64,000 bases of DNA from Octopus vulgaris (GCA_951406725.2 OX597819.1:97278001-97342000); one strand, 5' to 3'. Shown: positions 37,788 through 51,092, counted from the first letter of the stretch. Program-made: numbers and translations. Notes: generated from the sequence alone by a model not told the origin.

Positions 37788-39069
37788 GCAACTTCAGTAA
37801 TTTGGGATTCAATAATCTGCTAAAATATGATCAGAATGTAGAGGACTAAGACTGACATCAAATACTACTGCTATAGGCTGAGTTTTTCAGTGAAATCCAA
37901 ACCACCAGAGTGAAAACTAAAGAAACAAACAAAAATCAAACGTTTTCCTCTTCCTCTGTAAACCACATCAACAATATCAATTCAAGCAAGTATACCCTGA
38001 CCTACTAAGCCTCTTCAAACTAAGAGTCCTCAGATTATCTGAATGGAATTCTAGATATCAAGCAGGTGTATCATTTAGTTTGTCATTTGAAACTGTAATT
38101 AGAATAATCAGGTATGGTCATGATAAGTTTTGAAGAAAATCCTACAACACCTGTCTTACAGATAAAGAAATGAAGATGTGTAACTTTGTAGGTCATTGGA
38201 AGAAAAACTGTCTGTGTAAGTTAAGAACAGCAAATATATCCCATTTCATATGTAAAGGAGGAGATTGGTGTAAGTGACTTGAAACATCTACAGAATATCA
38301 GTGACAAGTGTTGAATAACTATTTCGTTTCCTTAAATTAAGATGGCACCAAAAATTGATATTCACTACTGAAATTCTGGACATCTACATGTGTTTTATAG
38401 CATGTTTGAATAAAAAAAAGTGGCTTTAAATAGAAATGTGTATAATAGAAATTACATAGATCATTTCTCTACTATCCACATCACAACAAGGCGAAGTCGT
38501 ATAAACTTTGCCACTGCTCACAAGAGAGTATAAGCCTAGTAGCTTTCAGACATTCTCTCCACCCTTCCACTCTTCACCCAGCAGAAAATCCACAACATGC
38601 CAATAGGAGGAAAAGTACATTCCACTAGCAGTCGGATGATACTCATAATTAGCTGGATTGACTGGAGCAATGTGAAAATATGTGGTTTGCTCAAGGACAT
38701 AACACGTTACTTGATCCAGGAGTTGAGGCCACGACCTTATGCTCATGAGCCCAACACTCTAACCACTAGACCATATGTAGTAATAAAGTAAATTGACACA
38801 CAAGCACATTCACAAGAACTATCAGTACATTTAATCAACATAAAGAAATAGCAGTAGTCATGATTAACATTTGTTTTCCATGCTGGCTTGGGTCAAATTT
38901 TAGACAAAAACACTGGAACCCTCATGGATCATAGCAATCTTGTTTGGGTATCTAATCTCTTTGTAGTGAATAAAACAAGATGAGAGAGCTGGTCTACTAC
39001 AGAGTTGCTCAAACTGCTAGAAACAGCAGCCAAATCTCCCTTTTAACACAGCCTACTATCTTAAATAAG

Positions 39070-39395
39070 TCTTGTTGAGACAGATTTTCTATGGGCAGTT
39101 ACCCTTCTTGTTACCAACTCTTACCTGTTTCCCAGTAAGATGAGATTTCCTCCATGACCAAATATGTTTACATAGAAGATTGGAAATGAGAAACACCACT
39201 TTAGTGATTGTGGTACTCGCTTACAACTATCACATGATGTCAAGGAAAGGCAACAGTAACACACATACACATATATACAATGGGCTTCTTCCAGTTTCTA
39301 TCTACTAAATCATCTCACAAGGCTTTGGCCAGACAAGGGCTATAATAGAAGACACGGCCAAAGGCGCCAGGCAGTAGGACTGAACCCAGCCATGC
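39070..39395 (-). mobile_element. SINE: family-A head with RTE-tailed body
   Basis: Head (gggttcagtcctactgcctggcgccttt...ccttgtgag) joined via (tg)n to a body homologous to 557-770. Confidence 0.7.
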
Positions 39396-39732
39396 CTTTG
39401 CTTGTATGTATGTATGTAGACACATACACACACAATGATTGATTACTTCATCTTGTCAACTCAGTAGAATATATTTTGTTAAGGAAGTCATAAGACATAC
39501 ACATGTATCTAAACATGCCCACTGCTTTCACCAGTTGGCTATAAAGACAAGAACTGTCCCTGTCTAATCCAATGTCACATTGTTAAAATAGTTTTAATTA
39601 AACAAATAGTGGTGAACTGGCAGGGTCACCAAGTGTTGGATATAATGCCTCATGGCATTCAATCCGATTGTACATTCTGAGTTCAAATCCAGTTGAGGTC
39701 AACTTTGCTTTCATCTTTCCAGGTTCAATAAA

Positions 39733-40040
39733 GAGTAAAGACCCCCTTTCGTCATGAATGATAATGGAATTGCACCTAGAAAGTTTCCCTGTGAGGCACA
39801 AGTCCAGGCAAGGTTGTTTATGGAAGACCAGCAGACACCCATGCATACCAGCCTCCCCTATCCATGCCACTGACATCCAAGGGAAAGGCAAATGTAGATA
39901 TAGCTTAGCACCAGTGATGTCACAACTCCTTTCTACAGCTGGGTTAACTGGAGTAATGTGAAATAAAAACACAACACACAGCCCTGTTCAGGAATCAAAC
40001 TCACTACCTCATGATTATGAGCCCAATGCTCTAACCACTG
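39733..40040 (-). mobile_element. tRNA-derived SINE (family D)
   Basis: Minus-strand head cagtggttagagcattgggctcataatcatgaggtagtgagtttgattcctg has A/B boxes; related heads near 10287, 13360-13515 and 38630-38775. Confidence 0.75.
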
Positions 40041-40993
40041 GTGGAACCATAGCTGAACCCAATGTTTTCCAAAAGTGTCTCAACCTCAAGGTTGTGTGCC
40101 TCAGCTCAGCGCTCAGCATTTGCCTGTCATGGTGGAATTGCCATTCAAGGTGCCAACAACACCAACTCAGCTATCCTGCTATCCTGTCCAGTATGAGCGA
40201 AACCATGGGATCAGAGCAACGGTTTGCGCACTCACTTGATAGAGCAGTGGTGTCAGGCTGCTTCTGAGTGATAATAGCTGAACACCAAATTCAATAAAAA
40301 AAGTACCAAACCAGGGTTGTTGATTGGCAGAACTTGATGCATTGTAATATTTGCTCTGGATCTTTGCAATCTGAGTTCAAATCCCACCATAAAGTATTTG
40401 AGTAGTAGACTAAATTTACTTCCCACCATCACCTAGCACCTTATGTTCCTTTGTAGAGTTCACACTTATGAATATTTTCTGGTTTGAGTATACTTTTCTC
40501 CATCAATCCCACCAATTTTAGAGGCCCTGTAAAGCACCACAGAGAACTTCTTCCTTTTCAACTGAAAAAAAGTTCAAATAATAACCATAACATTATTTAC
40601 ATTTGACAGATATTTGTCCTTATCTTGTTTAACACAACGTTTTGGCTGACACACCCACAAGCCTTCATTAGGTGTCTTGGGGAAATTTTGAACCTGGGTT
40701 CTCATTCCTAAGGTATTTTTTGATGTTGTTATTATTATTATTATCATTATTATTTAGGTCACTGCCTGGAATTGAACTCGGAAACTTAGGAGCCTGCGCT
40801 CCTAACCACTATGCCATATGCCCGTGGGCTTAATGAGTCTCTACATCTACACAGGAAAGTTAGATGGTTTGAAAGACAAGCTAGTTTTTGACGGAGTTTC
40901 TCTATGTCTCCATTGAAGCCTAATGTCGCCTCCGTACTGATATGAAAATACAGTTCTATATTTAAGAGATGAGGAATTATTTACATTATTTAC

Positions 40994-41064
40994 GGGCATA
41001 TGGCATAGTGGTTAAGAGTGCGGGCTACTAACCCCAAGATTCCAAGTTTGATTCCAGGCAGTGA

Positions 41065-41066
<2 letters not shown>
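40994..41066 (+). other. tRNA-derived Pol III head (pseudo-tRNA)
   Basis: A box tggcatagtgg, B-box-like agtttgattcc; acceptor stem does not pair well, so not called as a tRNA gene. Confidence 0.7.
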
Positions 41067-41114
<48 letters not shown>

Positions 41115-41161
41115 TTGAAAAACAACTTAGGAATGAGAACCTAGGTTTGAAATTTCCCCTT

Positions 41162-41207
41162 GACACCTGATGAAGGCTAGAGGGTATATCAGCTGAAACG
41201 TTGTGTT
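41162..41207 (+). ncRNA. Minimal hammerhead ribozyme motif
   Basis: gacac-CTGATGA-a-ggct...agct-GAAA-cGTT-gtgtt; palindromic aacgtt stem III. The left-arm copy has a mutated core (CTAATGA, AAAA). Confidence 0.65.
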
Positions 41208-41699
41208 AACAACAAACAAGATGAGGACAAATATCCGTCAAATGTAAATAAGGTAAATAATGTACATAATTTCTCATCTCTTAAATATAGAACTTTAACA
41301 ACCATAACAATCAGATACTAATTCTTTTTTTGAGTATAACGAACAAGAAAAGTAAATGTTTCTATTACATTTATGAAAGCACATCAAGTGCCTTCTTATC
41401 CATAATGGTTGCATCATTTATTAACTAAAATCTCTACAGTCTCTCTTGCCAAGTCATTTAAACTAGTCATATAAAACCATTTTCAATTATATTCTAGTTT
41501 CCATCAGTGTCAAAATATATAACATAATCATATTTATTTCATATATCTAACTTTAAAACAGAGTGATTATATTATCTTACCAAATTATTAATGTCATCTT
41601 TAAACAATAGTTACATCATTTATATCAGCACAATGTTTTCAACTTCAGTTATTATCAGGTGTCATATTCCTGCATATGTAGTTAATTTCAAACTGAATT

Positions 41700-42240
41700 T
41701 AAAGTATTTATTAATGGTTTTGATCAGAAAAAAGATGTTGTACCCTTGATGCTTAAAAGCCTTCCCAGACTGGTAAAACTGATAGGGCTGATGATGTTCA
41801 CCTTGTTGGAAAGAGAGAATTGTAATGAGTTGAAGCTCTGAGGAGGAAGAACTGGATATAGTGGTTAGTGTTGGATCAGAAAGGAGAGGCAGGTTTCTTG
41901 GATGTACTGTGATGAAGGTGGTGTACAGCTTTCTAATACTGAAGAGCAGAGGCTGTTGCAATAGAAGTGTGAGGTGATGGTATGCATGTGGGATGAAGGT
42001 TGGAGTATGTAGATGAGTGAGTCCTCACTAAACAGTCAGATGCTCTCATTAAGATGTGATCTAAGTTGTTAGTGTGTGCAAAGAAGAAAGGTAATCATTA
42101 GGACACAATTTTTATTATGTTTTGAATGTGAGATTTCCAGGAGAGATTATCAGTGATTGTGATCCCTAGATTTGTAGTAACTTTAAGAGGTTGTTGATTG
42201 TGTGTTCTGCAAGACAAGAGATGTTGAGATAGGAAAATAT
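41700..42240 (-). mobile_element. Highly decayed L2/CR1-group LINE 3' region
   Basis: Purine-skewed block; the minus strand gives RASTHYNSLFPTR, resembling the ORF2 C-terminal NSFFPR motif. Confidence 0.35.
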
Positions 42241-44592
42241 AGATTCACTTCATGCTTTTAGTTCTGAAATTAAGTCCTAGTTCAAATCTAGTTTGGAGTC
42301 CTGAACAGAATAAAAAAAAAAACATGATACTTGACAAGACATCTAATGACAACAGGAGATGAAGGTGATTAAAATATTGTAAACATAAGTATTTAAAATA
42401 TACTATAAAGATGAGGTTGATGAACAAACATTTATAATCCACATAAATCAAATCAGACATCTAGAAATTTATATTTGTGGTATTGAAAAAATATCTGCCC
42501 TGTTTTACACTGACTCCGCCTAAAATAAAGCTGTCACATAAATTCTATAATAAAACCTTCAAAGCAATAACTGTTTCACAATCAATGAAAATATGACCAT
42601 CATACATTTTTCTAACACTGTATGTTTGTCTACAACCTCCTTGTTTACCAGATGTTTCCCAATAACCAACTCCAAACAGCAGAGTCACAGATGGGCGCTG
42701 TCTTCCTTTATTGTTTTTATTTTGTTCATTGGGCTACAACAATACTGGGAACCACCTATACAATTATATCTTGTACTTATTTTATCAATCCTTTATGAAC
42801 AGTTCACATACCATTTTGTATTTTTATTGTAAACAGATGTTACTCAACAAACACACCATCATCATAATTATATAAGATCCTTCTTTTCTATGTTTATAAA
42901 GAGTGGATGGGTTTCCCCCATTACAGTAACTGGTCATCTTCTTTATGAGGTTCAACATCATGAGATCAGATTCGCTGAATTTACTGATTTAACATCACCA
43001 TCTGGCATTTTTGGTGTCATTAGCAGAGTCCACTGTTGCAGGTATTCAGACAAGGACCCCCGGTTTAAAGATACCTTCCTTCCTCTCTTCCACTGGTCTC
43101 AGATGCTCCTAAAGAGTTAAGAACATTACCATCTCTCCTAACACACACACGCGCGCACACGTTCTGTCCTGAAGAAAACACAGATTAAAATCACGTGATT
43201 TCTTCTTTTCTTTTGCTATGAATATGAGTTCATTGGTGAACAAGCGAGTATGTGAAGGTGTGTGTGCACATGTGTTGGTAGTGTAATAAATTCATGACAC
43301 TATTAAAGACTAACTAGAATCAAGAAAATTGCTGGTTGCACAATGAAGCTGTAAAATTTTGAATTTGCTGAGAGTTATTTTTATCTTCAACATCTATTGC
43401 AGAAAATAATTTCAAGGTTAGAATTTCTGCATAGCATTGTTTAGCCTATGAATGCATCATGTATGTGAGCGCGCACACACACACACACACATATAGTATA
43501 CTGTTCAATGGAACAACACACAGACACACACAGGCACAGATATGGCTGTGTAGTTAAGAAGTTTCTTTTGCAGCCTTGCAGTTCCAGAGTCAGTACCCAC
43601 TCTGTGGCAACTTGAGCAAGCGTCTTCTATAGCTTCATGCTAAGCTGTACAATGAGAGTGAATCTGCTACACAGAAAAAGTCTGTTGTGTAAATAGAAAC
43701 CTTTTACATGCTGATGGTTGCAATATCACCACAAACAATGAAAAGATAGCTCCAATTACTTCTGGATAAAATTTACATTGCATTATAACCTTTTAATCCT
43801 CACAATACAACTTCATAAAACTTAACTTTTATCAGTGCTTTCCTAGGATGTCCCATGTGATTCCCAAAATAATAGCATTTGGAGGCATTTTAAACAAGGG
43901 ATGCAAATCTTTCTTGGTTATAGAATTTCAAATAGAACTCATGAATGTCTGAAAAATTACAATATTTTAAGTTTCAATGTCATATACAAAATAACACTCA
44001 AATATTTCTTTTCAAAAGAACTATTTTTGTGTTATTACTACACATGGACATTATATATAAAAAATAATACAATAATAGAAGTGCTTTTAGCAAAAATGTC
44101 TTTTACAAAATTTGCATGTATCATGAAAATACTATGTGAATATGTTAAAGTCTGGGAGTTGAGAAAGCATGCTACAAGTTGTGTCATATTCTATGGGTAA
44201 AAATCATAAAATTCAGTGTGAATATTGTCTTAAAACAAAAATATACAAAAACACAAAGGCTATGAGGAGGTTATTGTTGTTTAGTCCCAGAATAATCTGA
44301 GTGAACAAACCTACAATTGTGACCATTCCGACTGTTACCATTTAGTTTTTATTTTTTATCTGTTCTTTTTTTTAATATACATTATTCAGAATAGGTTGAA
44401 GTTTGAGAGAGATTTGGCTCCTACTTCTAATAGGTTCAGTTATAGCTTAGACGATCTCTTGCTGACTACAAGGATGTATAAACATCATCTCCATATCAGT
44501 TCCTATATAAAAAGAAACTATGTTACCTGTGCAATTTTCATGACAACCTTGTTTATACATACCTACTTATTATGCATGTACACACAAATGCA

Positions 44593-44623
<31 letters not shown>

Positions 44624-45527
44624 GATGCTCAAATCAGTGTCATGAAAGGTTACAAACTACGATGCAGTGTCTGATAAACAAAAACACTTGGTTATTTATA
44701 ATTATGAGGCTCTCATAATAAAACCTGCCAATTGGTGATTAGCCTAAAGGGAAACAACTCTGTTTTCAATCAGGATTTTGATTTGGAGGGAAAAAAGAAA
44801 CAAAAGGGCCACTTTCAGGTGGAAAATAATAACCGATAAAGAAAGTTATTCACCCTCTTTATTTTCAAAGCGTGTATACACACACACCAATACTAAAGAG
44901 AGACACACACACACAACCCAGCTGCCATCATTCTCTTCATTTCAAAAGTACATATATTCTTGCATGGGTAGTTCAGTCTTCTTCAGTGCGGTATATTGCC
45001 AATCAATAAACTTTTTTATGCAACAATCATCCACCATACACATCACATGCTCCTAACAGCACAGCTTCCTCTTACATAACATTTGATTCCTCTTATATCC
45101 AGATTTTCTCTCAGCACATTTGCACTGTGGCATTCATCCACACTAGTATTACACCTCCAGCAAAACATGTTAGTTTTACTTCTTTCTAGCCTTTGTAAGA
45201 GGAATTTTTTTTTTTTTTTTCACCTTTTAAGTCCTGTATCGCAATACCATGCAACAACAATACTTCTAGGACAAGCATTATACAATTTCTTTTTCACTCT
45301 GCCACCAGAGGTAATAGCTATGTAAACATCTTTCAACCTGTTCCAACATATACATATATATGTATACACCCCAACACATATATGCATGCACTTGTACACA
45401 CATACACACACACATACAATAAACTGCTTTACATTTTCTATGCTCCAAATTTCATTAAAGCATCAGTCAACCTGCAGTTATAGTTAAAGCCACTTGCCCA
45501 GGATCCCATACAGTGGATTAAACTCTA

Positions 45528-45691
45528 AGATCCGATACACTGATATTCTATTTAAAATTCGGTGGCACACCTGAACTAAAAATATAACTAAAAATATAGC
45601 GGAAAAATTTATATTCAGGTTACACTGTGGCACACCTAGCATCGTCTCATGGCACACCAACATGCCACAGCATACCGGTTGTGGAGCACTG
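45528..45691 (+). mobile_element. hAT-like MITE 3' half inserted in a family-A SINE
   Basis: ggcacacc repeats and terminal ggttgtggagcactg; ctctaag on both flanks; SINE sequence continues on either side. The left TIR is not seen. Confidence 0.5.
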
Positions 45692-46822
45692 CTCTAAGCC
45701 ATGTGGCTATAAAGCAAACTTCTTAATCACAGAACCATATAATTGTCATATGGCTGGTGTTCAAAGCCTTCACAAACAAGTCACTATGACAGTCCTAACA
45801 AGTCAACAGTTCAGTAAAGAACTCACTGACAAATTCTACTGAAAAGAGATGGAAAAATGGTTCCCAGCTTGTAGTGGTAAACTCTTAGGATGTTGAGAAG
45901 GATCTGCTCCTTCTCTTGACTAGGTTCAACCAATCAGACCCCCAAACCACTGAAGGTTTCTTGGACATTATAAAAGTTATATTTTCATGGATGATCAAAA
46001 TGTATCAGACAGCATGCTGTGTTGATCTCTCACCACTGTCCTTACTTATCAAGATATATGTATTCCAACATCACCAATAGATGTATACAGCATTTTTCAA
46101 ACTTCCATCTAGCATCTACACAAGCCGATAAATACTCAGAATCAACATTCCCAAATAGAAACATAGATACTGACAAAAACACACTATGAAATAATGTATT
46201 TTTATGCTATTAACATACATCCATTATAAGATACACAAATCATTTTAAACTCATCAATTTTTGTTTCAAATGTTGTCTACAATTTTTCATCAGTTATTTG
46301 ATGCTATTTTTCTCTTTGACATTTCTGTAAACACAAACCTTGTCACATTCTGATAAATACAAATTCTATCTCATCCAGACATTAATAGAACATTTTGGTT
46401 ACAAATTCTTATTTACTTTTAACATAATCAGCCATCATAAACTAATATTTTTATCTATTTTCATGACTCAGTAACACTTACATTTCATATATGCATTCAT
46501 TTTTGTTACACACAATACTCTCTGCTGTTATTTTTATACTGTATTTTTGAATTTCTTGTAAGATTTGAATCCATTGCGATCAACATATTCTTTATATCAG
46601 ATTAAATGACTTGGTATACAAGTTATTCAATTTATCTCCAGAACCATCATATATGCACACATATATTTGCATGCTTACACACATACACACACAAAGTAAT
46701 AATAACAAGAAACTGGGAGAGGAGAGAGAGAGACGAAAAGTATGTGTATGCCTATGCAAATGTATGTTTAAATACATGTGAGCATATGTTAGAATGAAAA
46801 GAGACATAAGTAAACACGTGCG

Positions 46823-46840
46823 TGGTGGTGGTGGTGGTGT

Positions 46841-46884
<44 letters not shown>

Positions 46885-46896
46885 ATAGTAGTAGTA
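46823..46896. repeat. (TGG)n/(TAG)n microsatellite
   Basis: Directly visible in the sequence. Confidence 0.95.
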
Positions 46897-48437
46897 AGAC
46901 GGCTAGTCAATGACAGTCATAATAACCATGATGATGATGTTTGCAGTGGTAAGTAAGAAGAGGAAAATTACCATCATATCTACTAGTGGATGGTGGTCAG
47001 CTTGAGTGCAAAAAACAGTAACATTCAAGTCATCTCTTCTAGTTCAGCAACAACAACAAAAATGTAATGGAGATGAGACAGAAATAGTTACAATCAGTGG
47101 TCAAGACTACATATACTAACCATATGTTAAAGCCAAAGGTTTACATAAAATACAACCAAAACTTCTATATATGACAAATATGTCAATATAAACATTATAA
47201 TGACATACATATATAATGACATACAGAGAAATAAGAGAAAATACTATTTGGGGATTAAACCAGAAGCTCATAACCTCATGTCAGAAATATCTTGCCACAA
47301 CTTTTAACATCTTCCTCATTCATTGTTTTCAACATGTACAACCCTAGACTATACATGATGGATTTACAACTATAAATTAATGCTTTATCTTATCAGAAAT
47401 GAAGTCATTTGTATAAATAATAGAGGGTGTTATCAAATGAAATGATAACATGGATTCAGGATAACATATGGAGAGCATAAAAACTGAAACAGCAATAAAA
47501 CTATGTGGCAGCAATAAAACTATGTTAGCAGCAGTCAATAGCACCTATCCTTTATATTTTCGTGAATATACTGATTAGTCAAAATCTCAGCTCGTGAATT
47601 TGTGCAAATTTGTCCTACTTTTGTAATGTGCCTATCAATATATTATTTACATTGAGTTAATAAGGGTTCCTCTACGGAGTCATTTGACCTGTAAGAAATA
47701 GTAGCCAAATCTCCCTCAAATCACACTCTACCTTAAAAATTAAGCACACAATAGACAATGTAGTTCTAGATATAGATAAGTTGCACAAAAAAGACAAATG
47801 ATCTTGGCTGACATGCCTTCCAGTCATAGGTATGTTCAATCAGGGCCGACTGGAGTGAAACAATAACAGTACTTCATATAAATTCTCACAAGAAACATTA
47901 CTCATTAGCAGACACTGAAAGACTGTTTAATATGTTCTTTTAATGAAAATTTTATTGCTGCTTTTCCTCACTAATTTTATTTTAAACAGATTTAATTACA
48001 TTCTTAACTTCAAATATTTCTGGTTTCAAATTTCTTAGCGGCATAGCAAATGCCCAAAATCCCATGATACTTTAACATAGCCAATATCAAGAATTAATGT
48101 AGCCTTTCTAGAAGTGACAAAATAGGCAGAGTCAGTGAGGGAATTGTATTGTACTGATGAGTCCTTGGTGTATAACAACAGCACCATCCTAGAAGTTAGA
48201 GCAAGGTTATTTCCCTACAGGGTAAGACTTACATTGTACACAAAGAGTCATAAAATTAAATTAAAGGCAATCAAAGAACAACGTATAGCAGAAATCTAGC
48301 TGGTAAACATGATACTGGTTTCATCTGTTCTAACTTAAACTAGTTTAAATACTATTAAAATTTACTGATATCTAAAAATGAGTCTATGGTAGATTAGACA
48401 ACACTGAATTCCAAATTCCAACATTCCAATCGAATCA

Positions 48438-48810
48438 TTATTTAACCTCCACTGTTCTATGCTTGCATGAGTCAGATGAATTTATTGATGCAGATTTTCT
48501 ACAGCTAGATGCCCTTCCTGTCACCATCCCTCACTTGTTTCCAAGTGAGGTAATATTTTGTCATAGCTAGATGTTTTTCACAAAAGACTGGAAACAAACA
48601 GCCTGGTTTGAATGACAATGATGCTCATCTACAACTAACACATGATGTCTAGCCTAATTTCAGTTCCCATCTACCAAGTCCATTCACAGGGTTTCGGTCA
48701 GCTTGAGGCTATGGTAGAAGATACTTTCTCAAGGTGCCACACAGTGAGACTGAACACAAGACTACATGATTGGGTAACAAGCTTCTTAACCACACAACTC
48801 CACCTGCACC
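48438..48810 (-). mobile_element. SINE: family-A head with RTE-tailed body, near full length
   Basis: Minus strand starts ggtgcaggtggagttgtgtggttaagaagcttg and ends ...ggaagggcatctagctgtagaaaatctgc...agcatagaacagtggaggttaaa. Confidence 0.8.
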
Positions 48811-48827
48811 TATATATATATATATAT

Positions 48828-48905
<78 letters not shown>

Positions 48906-48961
48906 TTACATATATATACACACACACACACACACATTACATATATATATACAATAATATA

Positions 48962-49167
48962 ATGTTCGTCCTTCAGTTCGAAGATGACCAACTGACATCA
49001 TCTGATGGAACTGCCGCCATGAGACCTGAGGTGGCTGGTGAGGCCAATCCGGGCAAGGAAGCCCCTCCCACAGGTGGGGCAGAAGTGGGTAGGGGCCGTG
49101 CTACTGGTGCAGGCGGCTCTGACTTTACGCATCTGACGTTTCTGCTCCGCTGACCGAATCCGTCCAT
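48962..49167 (-). mobile_element. RTE/BovB-type LINE ORF C-terminus
   Basis: RIRSAEQKRQMRKVR...HFCPTCGRGFLARIGLTSHLRSH (C2H2-like terminal motif), followed by tggtcatcttcgaactgaaggacgaac; embedded in (CA/TA)n. Confidence 0.85.
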
Positions 49168-49520
49168 ACACACACACACACATACACACATTACATATAT
49201 ATATACACACACACACACACACATTATATACATATATGTCCAACCCATGCTAGCATGGAAAAACGGACGTTAAACGATGATGATGATATATAACAGTTTG
49301 CAGCTGTTTACTCAACATGAGGAAATTGAACACCTATTTTGTATATCTTTACTTCTGAAGAGATTTGACTTCCAAATCGTTTTTAATTTAATTAATTAAT
49401 TTTCTGCGAGTCTAAATTGAAACAATTGTAAGGAATGTCTGTCAATTTTTTTTTAATTAATAAATAATTTATTAATTACCTCTCTATTCTCCCATTTTAT
49501 TATATATATGCACACACACA

Positions 49521-49709
49521 CATGTATAGGGAGCAAATCAGATTGATTCAAATTCGTTGGTACTTCTAGAGTTTCAAGTGTGATGCTAATATTCAGCCAT
49601 ATTGAATTTGAATTCAAATTCAATATGAATTTAACATGAAGATTAGCATCACACTTGAAACTCTAGAGGTACCAACGAATTTGAATCAAACTGTTTTGAT
49701 CCATACATG
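49521..49709. repeat. Near-complete palindrome with a perfect 30-bp central palindrome
   Basis: Arms ttgattcaaattcgttggtacttctagagtttcaagtgtgatgctaat / attagcatcacacttgaaactctagaggtaccaacgaatttgaatcaa; centre catattgaatttgaattcaaattcaatatg (49598-49627). Confidence 0.92.
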
Positions 49710-49937
49710 TAACTCCTAATAAATGTGTTGAGTACCCTTCTTTCCTTTGTCCACTCACTCACACAGACATATATATATTTATTTGGTTGTATATTGCCTA
49801 AAGTGAAGAAAAAACATCTCAACACAGAAAATAAATATTGTTAATAGTTACATAATAGTCAGGTATTGGAGTGAGTTATTGTAACTAGTAAATGTGAACA
49901 AATAAATTTGAATTTGGCAGAAACAGAGCAAACTGTA

Positions 49938-49992
<55 letters not shown>

Positions 49993-50011
49993 CAGGATTT
50001 TTTTTTAAGGT

Positions 50012-50336
50012 CGATTTTCCTGTTGCCAACCGACTCCTGTTTCCAAAAAATGGTAATATTCCCCATGACCAGACATGCTTTCACAAAAGGATAGAAACGA
50101 TGGACACCACTTGTATGATGGTGCAATTTGTTTACAGCTATTATGTGATGTCAAGGCAAAGACACTGTAACACACACACACGCACACACACACACAAGCT
50201 TCATTCAGTTTCAGTCTACCAAATCCACTCACAAGGCTTTGGTTGACCTAGGTCCATAGCGGAACTTGCACAAGGTGCCACACAGTAAAACTGAACCTGA
50301 GCCCATGTGGTTGGGAAGCAAACTTCTTACCACACA
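50012..50336 (-). mobile_element. SINE: family-A head with RTE-tailed body
   Basis: Collinear with 48438-48810. Confidence 0.75.
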
Positions 50337-50992
50337 AATCAAGAGATTAAATGACACTTTAATTATGACATAACTGAAAAGAAATTTGAAATGAGGAAAG
50401 AATGTGTTATTGCATCACTGAATTTACAAATACTTTATGTAGAACACATCATGATAAGAGTCCAAATTTATAAGTAAACAATTTAAATTACAAAATCCAC
50501 TCTTTTGCTGGTTCCAGATTGTAGGCTATGATCATGCTAAGACATATCAATCATGAAATTAATTGAAAACATTTTTCACCTGAAACTGACCTTAAACCAA
50601 TTAACGATTATTCTTTAATTACTTTTCCAAAATGCTATAAAAGTATCATTGTACAAGTCTACCAAATTGCTTTTACTACTGCTCTCACACCAATTCTATG
50701 TCCAATAAATAATTTTTCTTTACCACCATATTCAAGAATGGTACATTTCTTTTTAACCCAGATTTTGACATTGATCACTGCTTGATTTGAGTTAGATTGT
50801 GGCACTGAATTAAAAGTAATAGAACTGCAAAAGCTTATTAAAATATTAGCCTGCTTCGATTTATAAAACAATATCCAGTGGAATATTGTACAATCTTCAA
50901 TAGAAAATTTTCACAATATCATTTCATTTCATAAAACACTGATTTGCAATATAAGTATCACATTTGTTTCACACCAATAAAAAAAATTATTG

Positions 50993-51092
50993 NNNNNNNN
51001 NNNNNNNNNNNNNNNNNNNNNNNNNNNNNNNNNNNNNNNNNNNNNNNNNNNNNNNNNNNNNNNNNNNNNNNNNNNNNNNNNNNNNNNNNNNN
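50993..51092. other. Assembly gap (100 N)
   Basis: Run of n characters. Confidence 1.

Larger units (their letters stand above)
40590..41293. mobile_element. Non-autonomous Penelope-derived fold-back element: tRNA-like head, (AAT)n and hammerhead
   Basis: 40590-40825 is the reverse complement of ~40992-41260; 40952-40991 is the reverse complement of 41254-41293; the spacer encodes a Penelope-like N-terminal peptide on the minus strand. Confidence 0.85.

Noticed and set aside
40994-41066. Functional tRNA gene
   Set aside because: Poor acceptor and T stems, no oligo-T terminator, and embedded in a repeat element.
48154-48185. CTGATGAGTCC hammerhead-like motif
   Set aside because: No stem II partner or GAAA downstream.
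48998-49243. Host C2H2 zinc-finger gene exon
   Set aside because: The single CPTCGRGFLARIGLTSHLRSH motif with the following UTR is the RTE/BovB ORF terminus, and it lacks TGEKP linkers.
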